A stretch of DNA of 44,362 nucleotides from Armatimonadota bacterium (lineage in GTDB: Bacteria > Armatimonadota > UBA10988), in the NCBI GenBank assembly GCA_016235455.1, contig JACRKZ010000006.1, positions 1 through 44,362 on the forward strand, read 5' to 3'. Under the pieces are notes generated by a model, which ran no database searches, was not told the origin of the DNA, and saw nothing but the letters and a program-made list of their open reading frames with translations. Position numbers and translations under genes: made by a program. Below, piece by piece: positions 1-9,093 of the stretch. Positions within the stretch are counted from its first letter, which is position 1, and the number at the start of each line of letters is the position of its first letter.

Positions 1-662
1 GCATACAGCCCGGCGGCGGTCGTCGGCACCAGCCGCGACAACACGTCCGCGCCAGCCTCACCGCCGCTCCAGCTCAACAGCCGCTCCGCGTCGGTCGCGC
101 TGATCGATGGCTCAAACACTGCGATCAGCCCCACCTTCGGAGCGGGAGCCTGCTCGGTGTCGGGCCGCCGAGGCACGCCCCACACCTCGCTGGCGTCCTC
201 GTAGACCTTGTGCTGCGCGCCCGACACCGTCACATCCACCAACTCGGTGAAGACCGCCGACACGGTCGTCGAGTCGCTGCCTGACCACGCCTTGCCGGTT
301 GCCGGGTCGCTGTAGCTGCAGGTCACCGTGACCGGGACCGAAGCGGTACCATGGGCCGCGCTTTGAAGGCTGAGTATGGCGGCCGGGCCCTGGGACGTGA
401 GCATCGCCGCGGCGCCGGAGAGCGACGGCGTGCCGGCGGTCCAGGTCCACTCCGGTCCCACGATCAGCAACTCGGCGTTGGCAGTCGGCGCGCCGGTGAC
501 AATGGCCGTGAGCCCGGCCGACACGGTCTCGCCGATCAGCGCGGGCTGGGGGCTGGCCGGGCCGGCCACAATCTTGACGTCAAGCGTCTCGGCTGCCGCC
601 CAGCGACAGGCAAGAGCCACGAAGAGCGCGCCCCATAGGGCACTTCGGCGCGATGGCACCAT
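1..662 (-). CDS. Secreted hypothetical protein with beta-rich/Ig-like N-terminal region (partial, runs off the left edge)
   Basis: Not in the ORF track. Manual minus-strand translation from ATG at 662 is open to the window edge (MVPSRRSALWGALFVALACRWAAAETLDVKIVAGP...WTWTAG...VTVTCSYSDP...). Signal-peptide-like start, GGAGG RBS upstream, and a promoter at 729-758. Confidence 0.8.
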   Translation of the reverse strand, partial: MVPSRRSALWGALFVALACRWAAAETLDVKIVAGPASPQPALIGETVSAGLTAIVTGAPTANAELLIVGPEWTWTAGTPSLSGAAAMLTSQGPAAILSLQSAAHGTASVPVTVTCSYSDPATGKAWSGSDSTTVSAVFTELVDVTVSGAQHKVYEDASEVWGVPRRPDTEQAPAPKVGLIAVFEPSISATDAERLLSWSGGEAGADVLSRLVPTTAAGLY

Positions 663-728
663 GGCCAATCCTCCCTCTGATCCCCTTGTGGAGACGGATT
701 GTCCCCGCGGCCCTACACCACGAGTCAA

Positions 729-758
729 AGATTACCTTGCCGCGCTGCGGCGTGTCAA
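729..758 (-). promoter_or_regulatory. Sigma70-type promoter TTGACA-N18-TAATCT for the left-edge gene
   Basis: Plus-strand TGTCAA (753-758) and AGATTA (729-734) read TTGACA and TAATCT on the minus strand, 18 nt apart, in a locally AT-rich patch. Confidence 0.6.
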
Positions 759-987
759 TTCAAAGATATTATGTTTCTTACGGCGGGTGAATATCGGCAC
801 GCTCTCCCGTGGCAGCGCTGGTCGGCACGGCCTGCCGCGGGTTCCGCGGCAGGACTCTCGGCGCACAGGGCGAACCGACCGCCAGGCGTTTGACGGCAGT
901 GGTAGGATCGGGGAACCCGGCGGGGCCGCTCGGCGCTACCGTGGCCAGCGCTCTGGCTTGTCTGGTGTAGGGAGGCGCGACGTTACG

Positions 988-2643
988 ATGCCGCATCAAT
1001 GGGGTTGTGATCTGGGTACGACGAACAGCGCTCTGGCCGTGTGGTCGGCCGAGCGCGCCGAGCCGCAGATGGTGGATCTCGACGAGATCTCGCGGCCGAT
1101 GATGCTGACCGAGGCGCCGGTCATTCCTTCGGCTGTGTTCCTCTATCACGGCAACGACTGGAAGAGCCGCATCGGGCGCATCCCGTTCGTCGAACGACGC
1201 TGGCTCTTGGGCCGGCAGGCGTTCATCGGCAACATGGCCGTCCAGAGCAACTTCGAGGGCCGCTCGCCCAACTACGTGGAGAGCTTCAAGCCCATGCTCT
1301 CGCGTCAGGCCACGCGGGTCATGACGCGCGCGGGCGGCCGCGCCTGGTCGGCGCGCGAGATCGCCCGCATCTTCATGCGCGAGCTGCTGGCCCAGGCCCA
1401 GAAGGTGCATGGCGAGCGCATCCGCGACCTGACCATGACGGTGCCGGTGGACAGCTTCGAGCACTATCGCGCCGAACTGCTCGACATGGCCCAGCGGCTG
1501 GGCATCAAGCGCTTCCAGACCGTGGATGAGCCGGTCGCGGCAGCGCTCGGCTACGGGCTCAACACCGAGCGCGAACTGACGCTGCTGGTGTTCGATTTCG
1601 GCGGCGGCACGCTGGATGTGGCCATCGTGCGCACCACCGGGCCGGGCAAGGCCGGCACGCCGGCCGAGGTGGTGGCCAAGCAGGGGCTCAACCTGGGCGG
1701 CAACAACGTCGATGTCTGGCTGGTGGAGCATTTCGCCAAGCAGTTCGGGCTCGACCCGGCGCTGTGGCGTGGCACGGAATGGTATCAAGCACTGATCGAC
1801 GCCGCTCAGGCGCTCAAGGAAGACCTCTACCTCAAGGAGACGGCGACGCTCGGGCTGAGCGACAAGATGATGGTCGACCTGGGCCTGCGCGGCCAGGAGC
1901 GGCCGACGCTCACGCGCGACGGGCTGATCGCGGTGCTCGCCGGCCACGGACTTTACGACGACATCGACCGGCTGATCAACCAGCTCCTCGAGGAGGGCAA
2001 ACAGCGTGGCATCGAGCGCTCGGACATCGACGAGGTGCTGATCACCGGCGGCTCGTCGCTGCTGCCCGATGTCCACAAGGTGCTGGCCGACGAGTTTGGC
2101 CGGTCGATGCTGCGTGACTGGCTGCCGTTCGAGGCCGTGGCCAACGGCGCCTGCGTCTACGCCTCGGGCCACAAGGTGCAGGACTTCATCCGCCACGACT
2201 ACGCGCTGCTGACCTTCGACCGCGAGTCCAAGGAGCAGCAGTACCCAGTGATCGTGCCGCGCGGCACCCAGTATCCGACCACGGAGATCATCTGGGAGGA
2301 CTACTTCACGCCCACCTGCCCGCGCAACGAGCCGGCGCAGGAGTTTGAGCTGAAGATCTATGAGCTGTCGCGCGCCAGCGGGCCCCAGAAGGAGATCGGC
2401 TTCGACGAGAACAGCCGCCTGCGCGTGCTGGACCGCAAGACCGACGAAGTGGTCATCGTCTGCCTCAACGAGACCGACGCCACGCTGGGTAAGCTACGCC
2501 CGCCGCATCCGCCCGAGCGGCGCGACGCGCGGCTGCGCATCGGCTTTGGCATCAGCGTGGACCGTTACCTGACCGCCACGGTGACCGACCTGATGAGCGG
2601 CACGCGCCTCATGGACGGCCAGCCGGTGGTCAAGTTGCGGTAG
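988..2643 (+). CDS. Atypical Hsp70-family protein (NBD + beta-SBD-like domain, no helical lid), 551 aa
   Basis: Motifs GCDLGTTNS, TMTVPVDSF, VDEPVAAALGYG, VFDFGGGTLDV, LITGGSSLLP, PFEAVANGA. ATG at 988 follows GGAGG at 971-975; the ORF-track extension to 376 looks spurious. Confidence 0.9.
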   Translation: MPHQWGCDLGTTNSALAVWSAERAEPQMVDLDEISRPMMLTEAPVIPSAVFLYHGNDWKSRIGRIPFVERRWLLGRQAFIGNMAVQSNFEGRSPNYVESFKPMLSRQATRVMTRAGGRAWSAREIARIFMRELLAQAQKVHGERIRDLTMTVPVDSFEHYRAELLDMAQRLGIKRFQTVDEPVAAALGYGLNTERELTLLVFDFGGGTLDVAIVRTTGPGKAGTPAEVVAKQGLNLGGNNVDVWLVEHFAKQFGLDPALWRGTEWYQALIDAAQALKEDLYLKETATLGLSDKMMVDLGLRGQERPTLTRDGLIAVLAGHGLYDDIDRLINQLLEEGKQRGIERSDIDEVLITGGSSLLPDVHKVLADEFGRSMLRDWLPFEAVANGACVYASGHKVQDFIRHDYALLTFDRESKEQQYPVIVPRGTQYPTTEIIWEDYFTPTCPRNEPAQEFELKIYELSRASGPQKEIGFDENSRLRVLDRKTDEVVIVCLNETDATLGKLRPPHPPERRDARLRIGFGISVDRYLTATVTDLMSGTRLMDGQPVVKLR

Positions 2644-2654
2644 CACAGGCCCCA

Positions 2655-2738
2655 CGGCATCCGCAGATAACGCAGATGGACGCAGATGGCCCTGGAGTCA
2701 GGCCTATCTGCGTCCATCTGCGTTATCTGCGGATGCCG
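2655..2738. repeat. Perfect 33-bp inverted repeat built from tandem CGCAGAT units (REP-like element or bidirectional terminator)
   Basis: CGGCATCCGCAGATAACGCAGATGGACGCAGAT (2655-2687) and its exact reverse complement (2706-2738), between convergent genes. Confidence 0.9.
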
Positions 2739-2750
2739 ACTCTGGCAGCC

Positions 2751-3788
2751 CTACTCGAACGCGGTACCCACTCTGGCCCATTCGGTGACTTCGACCACGG
2801 CGCGCGCCTGCTCGAGGGTCACGTCGAAGGGCTTGTCCTCGACCAAGGCGCGGTAGACCTCGGTGTAGAAGTCGGTGGCCGCGGGCCCGATGGTGATCTC
2901 CTCGTCCTGCCAGGGGATGGGCTCGGCGTTGCCGAAGCCGCCATCGACGGGCGGGTCGCTGTGGTCGGCGGCGATCGCGGCCATGGAGGCGCGGTCGTAC
3001 CAGCGCAGCCGGATGGTGCGGCCATCGCTGGTCAGCGCGCCCTGGTCGCCGATCAGGTGCCAGACGGGATTGCCCAACGCCACGCCACCGGAGATCTCGA
3101 CATCGGCCACAACGCCGTTGGCGCCGCGGATGAGGATCATCAAATGGTCCTCGGCATCGCCGGCGCCGGCGATGTTGCGCAGGTCGGACCAGACATCGAC
3201 CACCGGCGCGCCGATCAGCGCCAGCGCGTGGTGGATGATGTGCGGACCCCAGTTGTTGAGCTGGCCGCCCTTATACGCGCGGATGGTCTGCCAGTCGGCT
3301 CGACGCTGGTAACCGTGGCGGCAGAGGCGGACCATCTGCAGCTTGCCCAGCTTGCCCGAGGCGACGAGCTCGGCGATGGCCAGGAAGTCGGCGTCCCAGT
3401 TGCGGTTGTGGCGCACGAGCAGCTTGCCCGGCGCGTTGGCGGCGGCTTCGATGATGGCATCGGCCTCGGCCAGCGAGCAGGCGAACGGCTTCTCGGCAAC
3501 GACATGCTTACCGGCGTTGAGGGCGTCGATGACCACCTGAGCGTGGGTGTTCGAGCGCGTGGCCACGGCCACCAGGTCGACGTTGTCGTCGTCGAGCAGG
3601 TCGAGGTAGTTGGTGTAGCCCTTGGCGCCGGGCTCCTCGGCCTGCAGGCGCTCACAGCGTTCGGGCCGCAGGTCGGCGCCGGCGACGATCTGATAGCCGC
3701 CGTGGCCCTTGACCTCAGGCCGGTGCATGCCCCAGCCAGCGCGGCCGAGGCCGATGATGCCGATGCGGATCGGTGCGGTCAGTCCCAT
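2751..3788 (-). CDS. Gfo/Idh/MocA family NAD(P)-dependent oxidoreductase
   Basis: GIIGLGRAG Rossmann motif, AGKHVVAEKP, HNRNWD, GGQLNNWGPHIIH. Confidence 0.92.
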   Translation of the reverse strand: MGLTAPIRIGIIGLGRAGWGMHRPEVKGHGGYQIVAGADLRPERCERLQAEEPGAKGYTNYLDLLDDDNVDLVAVATRSNTHAQVVIDALNAGKHVVAEKPFACSLAEADAIIEAAANAPGKLLVRHNRNWDADFLAIAELVASGKLGKLQMVRLCRHGYQRRADWQTIRAYKGGQLNNWGPHIIHHALALIGAPVVDVWSDLRNIAGAGDAEDHLMILIRGANGVVADVEISGGVALGNPVWHLIGDQGALTSDGRTIRLRWYDRASMAAIAADHSDPPVDGGFGNAEPIPWQDEEITIGPAATDFYTEVYRALVEDKPFDVTLEQARAVVEVTEWARVGTAFE

Positions 3789-4609
3789 TACTTGGTCTCC
3801 GGAGCGGCCTGGACCTCATCGTAGGTGCCCAGTGGGCGCACCCAGATGTTGCGGAAGCGCACGGGATGGCCGTGCTCCTGCAGGGCGATGACGTCCTCGG
3901 CGGGATGCGGGTCGTACTTGGCCACGGCGCGCCACACGGTGGCGCCGAGCTCTGGCTGGTGATTGTGCACCACGATGCCGTTGACCAGCAACGTCACGTA
4001 GGCCGGCGTCTCCACCTTGCCGTCCTTGAAGCGCGGGCCGGTGAAGAAGATGTCGTAGGTATTCCACTCGCCGGGCTTGCGGCAGGCGTTGACCAACGGC
4101 GGCCAGGCGCCGTACAGCGCACCGGTGGTGCCGTCAGCATAGGTCTGCGCGTTGTAGCAGTCGAGCACCTGAATCTCGTAGCGGTTGAGCAGGAAGACGC
4201 CGCTGTTGCCGCGGTCCTGGCCGGCGCCACGCGGCGGATCAGGCGAGCTCCACTCGACGTGCAGCTGGCAGTCGCCGAACTTGGCCTTGGTGCGGATGCC
4301 GCCCTGGCCGGGCACGGCGGTCATGGCGCCATCGGCCAACTTCCAGGTCGGCGCGCCCTTGTCGCCCACCCACTGGTCGAAGTTGGTGCCGTCGAACAGC
4401 ACGACCGCATCGCTCGGCGGCTTGACCGGGTCGGCCGACGGCACCGCGCCGGGCGTCACCACCCGCGGCTGCGGCCGGTTCGGGTCATGCACGTGCCAGG
4501 GCGCCGTCGGCAGCATGGGCGTATCGACAAAACCGTCGATGGCGGCTACCATGCCCGCGCCAACCAGCACCGTTGCCAGCGCCATCCAAGCGCTGCGCCC
4601 TTTGATCAT
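3788..4609 (-). CDS. DUF1080 family secreted protein (3-keto-glycoside hydrolase/hydratase-like)
   Basis: Signal peptide; motifs AVVLFDG, FGDCQLHVEW, GNSGVF, YEIQVLD, GEWNTYDI, LQEHGHPVRFRNIWVR. The stop overlaps the next gene's start (TAATG). Confidence 0.9.
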   Translation of the reverse strand: MIKGRSAWMALATVLVGAGMVAAIDGFVDTPMLPTAPWHVHDPNRPQPRVVTPGAVPSADPVKPPSDAVVLFDGTNFDQWVGDKGAPTWKLADGAMTAVPGQGGIRTKAKFGDCQLHVEWSSPDPPRGAGQDRGNSGVFLLNRYEIQVLDCYNAQTYADGTTGALYGAWPPLVNACRKPGEWNTYDIFFTGPRFKDGKVETPAYVTLLVNGIVVHNHQPELGATVWRAVAKYDPHPAEDVIALQEHGHPVRFRNIWVRPLGTYDEVQAAPETK

Positions 4610-4724
4610 CTCCCATACTCCTGGGGCGACAGTGTACTCCCCGCACCGCTCCGTCGGGAAGTAGGGCCGAACATGAACCGGGAGTTACTCAACGGTCTGG
4701 CGGCGAGCTCGGCGCCAGACCACA

Positions 4725-7700
4725 ATGGGATGGCGGATGAACACAGCGACACCAGCAGCAGGGACCCGGTGGCGAGCACCGCTGGCGCTCATGGCGGCCA
4801 CAGTGCTGATCACCGGGTTGGCCTTGACGCCCGTGCTATGGCGGAGCCTGGCGCGGCAGGCCGAGTCACGGCTGATCGCCGCGGCGACGCTCAAGCGCGA
4901 GCAGGTGGTGGCCTGGCGCGACCGCTGCCTGGCCGACGCGGCGGTGTTGGGCGAGAGCCAGTTCCTCGTGGCGGCGGTGCACGCCTTCTTCGACCGCGGC
5001 GCGCAGGCCGATGACGGGCCGCTGCTGGCCCGCTTCGCCAGCCTTCGCCAACACTACGGCTACGCTGACCTGCTGCTAGTGGACACCAGCCTCCGCCCGC
5101 GTCTGACGCTCCATGACGGGACGCCGCCTTTGGATCCCAGTCTCAAGCCCGCGCTGGCCGAAGCGATCCGCACACGACGGCCAACGCTCACCGACATCCA
5201 CCTCGACCAGCTCTGCGACCAGCCTCATGTGGGTGTCGTGACGCCCTTGACCGGCCCGGTCAGCGCGCGTCAGCCGATCCGGGCCGCTCTGGTGATGGTG
5301 GTGCACGCACCCGATCAGCTCTACCCGCTGCTCGCCTCCTGGCCCGAGCCCACGCAGACCGGCAGCGCCAGCCTGGTGCGGCGCGACGGCGAGCAAGTGC
5401 TCTACCTGAGCAACCCCCATGGCCGTTCGGGCGCGGCGCTGTCGCTGACCTTCCCGCTGGCGCGGCGCGAGTTGCCGTGCGTGCAGGCCGTGCTCGGGGC
5501 CAAGGGCCTGGTGCATGGCCGCAATGAGCTCGGCACGCGCGTCACGGCCTACGTCGAGCCGATCGCGGGCACTACCTGGTACCTGACCAGCGAGTTGGCT
5601 CACGCCGAGCTCTACGGCTCCGCCTACTGGCAGTGCCTGCTGCTGCTGGCCGGCACGCTGGGGTTGGCGGCGGCCCTGGCCAGCTTGGCCTCGGGCCTGT
5701 GGCACCGCCGGCAACACCGCCATTTCGAGTCGCTCTACCTGGGCGAGACCAAGGCCGGCGAGCAGGGCCGCATCCTGCAGACACTGCTCTCGAACCTGCC
5801 CGGCATGGCCTACCGCTGCCGCAACGACAGCACGTGGACCTTGCAGCTGGTCTCAAGCGGCTGCGAGGCGCTGACCGGGTACGCCGTGGAGGAACTGCTG
5901 GACAACCGCAGCCTGTCCTACAACGACATCATCCACCCCGACGATCGCGACATGGTCTGGCAGAGCGTGCAAAACGCAGTGGAGAAGCACGAGCCCTATG
6001 AACTCGTGTACCGTATCATCGCGCGCGACGGCACCCGCAAGTGGGTCTGGGAGCGCGGCTGCGGGTTCTTCCGGGCCGAACAGTTGGAGGCATTGGAGGG
6101 GTTCATCTGCGACATCACCGACCGGCACCAGGCCGAGAAGCAGGTGCTGCTGCTGGGCGCCGCGCTCGATCACATGGACGACGCCGCCTATCTCATCACC
6201 GAGGACGCCAGGTTCTATTACGTCAACGAGGGCGCTTGCCGCCAACTCGGCTACACCAAGGAGGAGTTGGCCCACCTCACCATCTGCGACATCGACCTGG
6301 ATTTGCCGCCAGAGCACTGGCCGGCCCTCTGGCAACAGCGGCGTCGAGGCGGTCTGGCGGTGTTCGAGACGCGGCACCGCACGCGGTCCGGGGAGATCGT
6401 CCCAGTCGAGGTGTCCGCCCAGGTGGTGCGGTTCGAGGGCGTCGAGTACGACCTGGCCGTGGCCCGCAACATCACCGAGCGCCAACGGGCGGAGCAGGCG
6501 CTGTCCGCCTCCGAGTCCCACTTCCGCGGCGTCCTGGAGCGCGTTGACCTCATCGCCGTCGAGCTCGACGCCGACGGCCGCATCGTGTTCTGCAACGACT
6601 ACCTGCTGCGGCTCACCGGCTGGACGCGAGAGGAGCTGCTGGGCGAGGACTGGTTCGGCAAGTTCGTCCCAGCCAGGGATCGGGTCGCCATGCAGGGCGT
6701 ACTGGGCGAGGTGGTCGGCGAGCTCGATCCGCACGTCCACCACGAGAACATCATCCTCACACGCGGCGGCGACGAGCGCTGGGTCCACTGGAGCAACACC
6801 GTCCAGCGCGACGGCGAGGGCCGGGTGCGCACGGTTGTGTGCCTGGGCGAAGACATCACCGACCGCCAGCGCGCCGAGGCCGCCACCACTCAGCGCCTGC
6901 TGACGCTGACGGCGCCGGGCGACGCGGGCGACGTCGCCTTCGAGGACCTGTTCGATGTCGCTGAGTTGCAGCAGATCCAGGATGCCTTCGCCGCGGCCAC
7001 CGGCGTGGCCTCCATCATCACTCGCGTTGATGGCAGCCCCATCACCCAGCCCAGCAACTTCTGCCGTCTCTGCAACGACGTCATTCGCCGCACGGAGCGC
7101 GGCCTGGCCAACTGCATCTGCTCCGACGCAGCCATCGGCCGGCACAACCCCGGCGGCCCACTGGTTCAGCCGTGCCTGAGCGGCGGCCTGTGGGACGCGG
7201 GCGCGAGCATCACCGTGGGCGGCCGACACGTGGCCAACTGGCTCATCGGACAGGTCAAGAACGAGCGACTGGACGAGGCCCAGATGCTGGCCTACGCGCG
7301 CGAGATAGGCGCGGATGAGGCCGAGTTCGCCGCGGCGCTGGCCGAGGTCAGCGTGATGTCGAGCGAGCAGTTCGAGCGTGTCGCGCGCGCTCTCTACCTC
7401 GTGGCCTCGGAGCTCTCCCAGAGCGCCTATCAGAACGTACTGCAAGCGCGAGAGATCAGCCACCGGCGCGTCGCCGAGACGGCCTTGGCAGAGAGCGAAC
7501 GGCGGCTGGAAGCCGCCCAGGTCATGGCCCATCTCGGTCATTGGGAGTTGCGGCTGGCCGATACCTCATTGACGTGGTCCGACGAGGTGTACGCCATCTT
7601 CGGCGCGAGCCCCGCCACGTTCGACGGCACCCAGGCTGACTTTGCGGCCATGGTCCACCCCGACGATGCCGGCGTCGTGCTCTCGACCTATGAGCAGTCG

Positions 7701-9026
7701 GTCGCCGATGGCAGCCCCGGCTTCGAGATCGAGCACCGCATCCTGCGCCGCGACGACGGCGAGGTGCGCTGGGTGCATGAGAAGTGCGTCCACCAGCGCG
7801 ATGCCGACGGGCAGGTGGTACGGTCGCTAGGTATGGTGCAGGACATCACCGAGCGCAAGCGCGCCGAGTCCGAGCGTCTGCGCCTGCAAGACCAGTTGGC
7901 CCAGGCCCAGAAGATGGAGTCGGTGGGCCGGCTGGCCGGCGGCGTGGCTCACGACTTCAACAACATGCTCGGCGTCATCCTCGGCCATGTGGAACTGGCC
8001 ATGGCCGATCTGGCGCCTGGCTCGCCGCTGCGCGCCGACCTGCTCGACGTGCAGTCGGCGGCCCAACGGTCGGCCGACCTGACGCGCCAACTGCTGGCCT
8101 TCGCCCGCCGCCAGACCGTCGTGCCCCGGCTGCTCGACCTCAACCAGACGGTCACCGACTCGCTCAAGATGCTGCGCCGACTGATCGGCGAGCAGGTCGA
8201 GCTCGACTGGTCACCGCACGCGGGTCTGTGGCCCGTGCGCATGGATCCCAGTCAGGTCGACCAGATGCTGGCCAACCTCTGTGTCAACGCGCGCGATGCC
8301 ATCGGCGGCGTGGGCAGCGTCCGCATCGCCACGCACAACGTCTTGGTCGCGGCCGGCCAGGTACCGCCCGCGGAAGGCATGGCGCCCGGCGAGTGGGTGC
8401 TCCTGTCGGTCAGCGACACCGGGCACGGCATGGACGCCGAGACCGCTGCGCAGGTCTTCGAGCCGTTCTTCACCACGAAGGATGTCGGGCAAGGCACGGG
8501 ACTGGGCTTGGCCACGGTGTATGGGGTGGTGCGGCAGAACGAAGGCTTCATCACCGTCGACAGCCAACTGGGCCACGGTACGACGTTCCGCATCTACCTG
8601 CCACGCTGCGCGGTCGAGCCGTCGGCCCCAGCCGCGCCCAGCGCCGCGGTGCCCTATGGCTCGGGGCAGACGGTGCTGCTGGTCGAGGATGAGCCGGCCA
8701 TTCTGCGCATGGCCCGCCGCTTGCTCGAGGGCTTGGGCTATACCGTGCTCGTCGCCGAGACGCCCGGCCAGGCGATCGACCTGGCCGGCCGACCTGAGCA
8801 GCGGATCGACCTGTTGCTGACCGATGTGGTCATGCCCGAGATGAACGGCCGCGACCTGGCCGAGCAGTTGCATCGGCACCGGCCCGGCCTGGCCTGCCTG
8901 TTCATGTCTGGCTACACGGCCGACGTTATCGCCCACCAAGGCGTGCTCGACCCCGGCATGCACTTCATCCAGAAGCCGTTCACACGCAGCGACCTGGCCG
9001 TGGCCGTCCACTCCGCCCTGCGATAG
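4725..9026 (+). CDS. Membrane hybrid sensor kinase: TM-Cache-like-TM-PAS x3-PocR-PAS-HisKA-HATPase-REC
   Basis: Two TM segments; PAS/PAC motifs (IHPDDR, DITDR, DITERK); Cys-rich PocR-like block (QDAFAAATGVASII...SNFCRLC...CLSGGLWDAG); GVAHDFNNML; NARDA; FFTTKDVGQGTGLGL; C-terminal REC (LLVEDE, TDVVMP, MSGY, QKPF). Alternative start at 4737. Confidence 0.92.
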   Translation: MGWRMNTATPAAGTRWRAPLALMAATVLITGLALTPVLWRSLARQAESRLIAAATLKREQVVAWRDRCLADAAVLGESQFLVAAVHAFFDRGAQADDGPLLARFASLRQHYGYADLLLVDTSLRPRLTLHDGTPPLDPSLKPALAEAIRTRRPTLTDIHLDQLCDQPHVGVVTPLTGPVSARQPIRAALVMVVHAPDQLYPLLASWPEPTQTGSASLVRRDGEQVLYLSNPHGRSGAALSLTFPLARRELPCVQAVLGAKGLVHGRNELGTRVTAYVEPIAGTTWYLTSELAHAELYGSAYWQCLLLLAGTLGLAAALASLASGLWHRRQHRHFESLYLGETKAGEQGRILQTLLSNLPGMAYRCRNDSTWTLQLVSSGCEALTGYAVEELLDNRSLSYNDIIHPDDRDMVWQSVQNAVEKHEPYELVYRIIARDGTRKWVWERGCGFFRAEQLEALEGFICDITDRHQAEKQVLLLGAALDHMDDAAYLITEDARFYYVNEGACRQLGYTKEELAHLTICDIDLDLPPEHWPALWQQRRRGGLAVFETRHRTRSGEIVPVEVSAQVVRFEGVEYDLAVARNITERQRAEQALSASESHFRGVLERVDLIAVELDADGRIVFCNDYLLRLTGWTREELLGEDWFGKFVPARDRVAMQGVLGEVVGELDPHVHHENIILTRGGDERWVHWSNTVQRDGEGRVRTVVCLGEDITDRQRAEAATTQRLLTLTAPGDAGDVAFEDLFDVAELQQIQDAFAAATGVASIITRVDGSPITQPSNFCRLCNDVIRRTERGLANCICSDAAIGRHNPGGPLVQPCLSGGLWDAGASITVGGRHVANWLIGQVKNERLDEAQMLAYAREIGADEAEFAAALAEVSVMSSEQFERVARALYLVASELSQSAYQNVLQAREISHRRVAETALAESERRLEAAQVMAHLGHWELRLADTSLTWSDEVYAIFGASPATFDGTQADFAAMVHPDDAGVVLSTYEQSVADGSPGFEIEHRILRRDDGEVRWVHEKCVHQRDADGQVVRSLGMVQDITERKRAESERLRLQDQLAQAQKMESVGRLAGGVAHDFNNMLGVILGHVELAMADLAPGSPLRADLLDVQSAAQRSADLTRQLLAFARRQTVVPRLLDLNQTVTDSLKMLRRLIGEQVELDWSPHAGLWPVRMDPSQVDQMLANLCVNARDAIGGVGSVRIATHNVLVAAGQVPPAEGMAPGEWVLLSVSDTGHGMDAETAAQVFEPFFTTKDVGQGTGLGLATVYGVVRQNEGFITVDSQLGHGTTFRIYLPRCAVEPSAPAAPSAAVPYGSGQTVLLVEDEPAILRMARRLLEGLGYTVLVAETPGQAIDLAGRPEQRIDLLLTDVVMPEMNGRDLAEQLHRHRPGLACLFMSGYTADVIAHQGVLDPGMHFIQKPFTRSDLAVAVHSALR

Positions 9027-9093
9027 CCACGCCCGGCAGGAGCGCGGCGGAGCGCGGCGAAACCCGACGCATCACGCACGACAAGGTGAACCC

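Noticed and set aside
376-987. 204-aa N-terminal extension on the first Hsp70 ORF
   Set aside because: It is the antisense shadow of the minus-strand secreted gene plus its promoter region; the Hsp70 motif begins just after ATG 988, which has an RBS.
2655-2738. CRISPR array or mini-array
   Set aside because: The repeats are 7-nt units in an inverted arrangement with no unique spacers and no cas genes.
9039-9059. Short tandem repeat GGAGCGCGGC x2 after the sensor kinase
   Set aside because: Only two GC-rich 10-mers; could easily arise by chance at this GC content.
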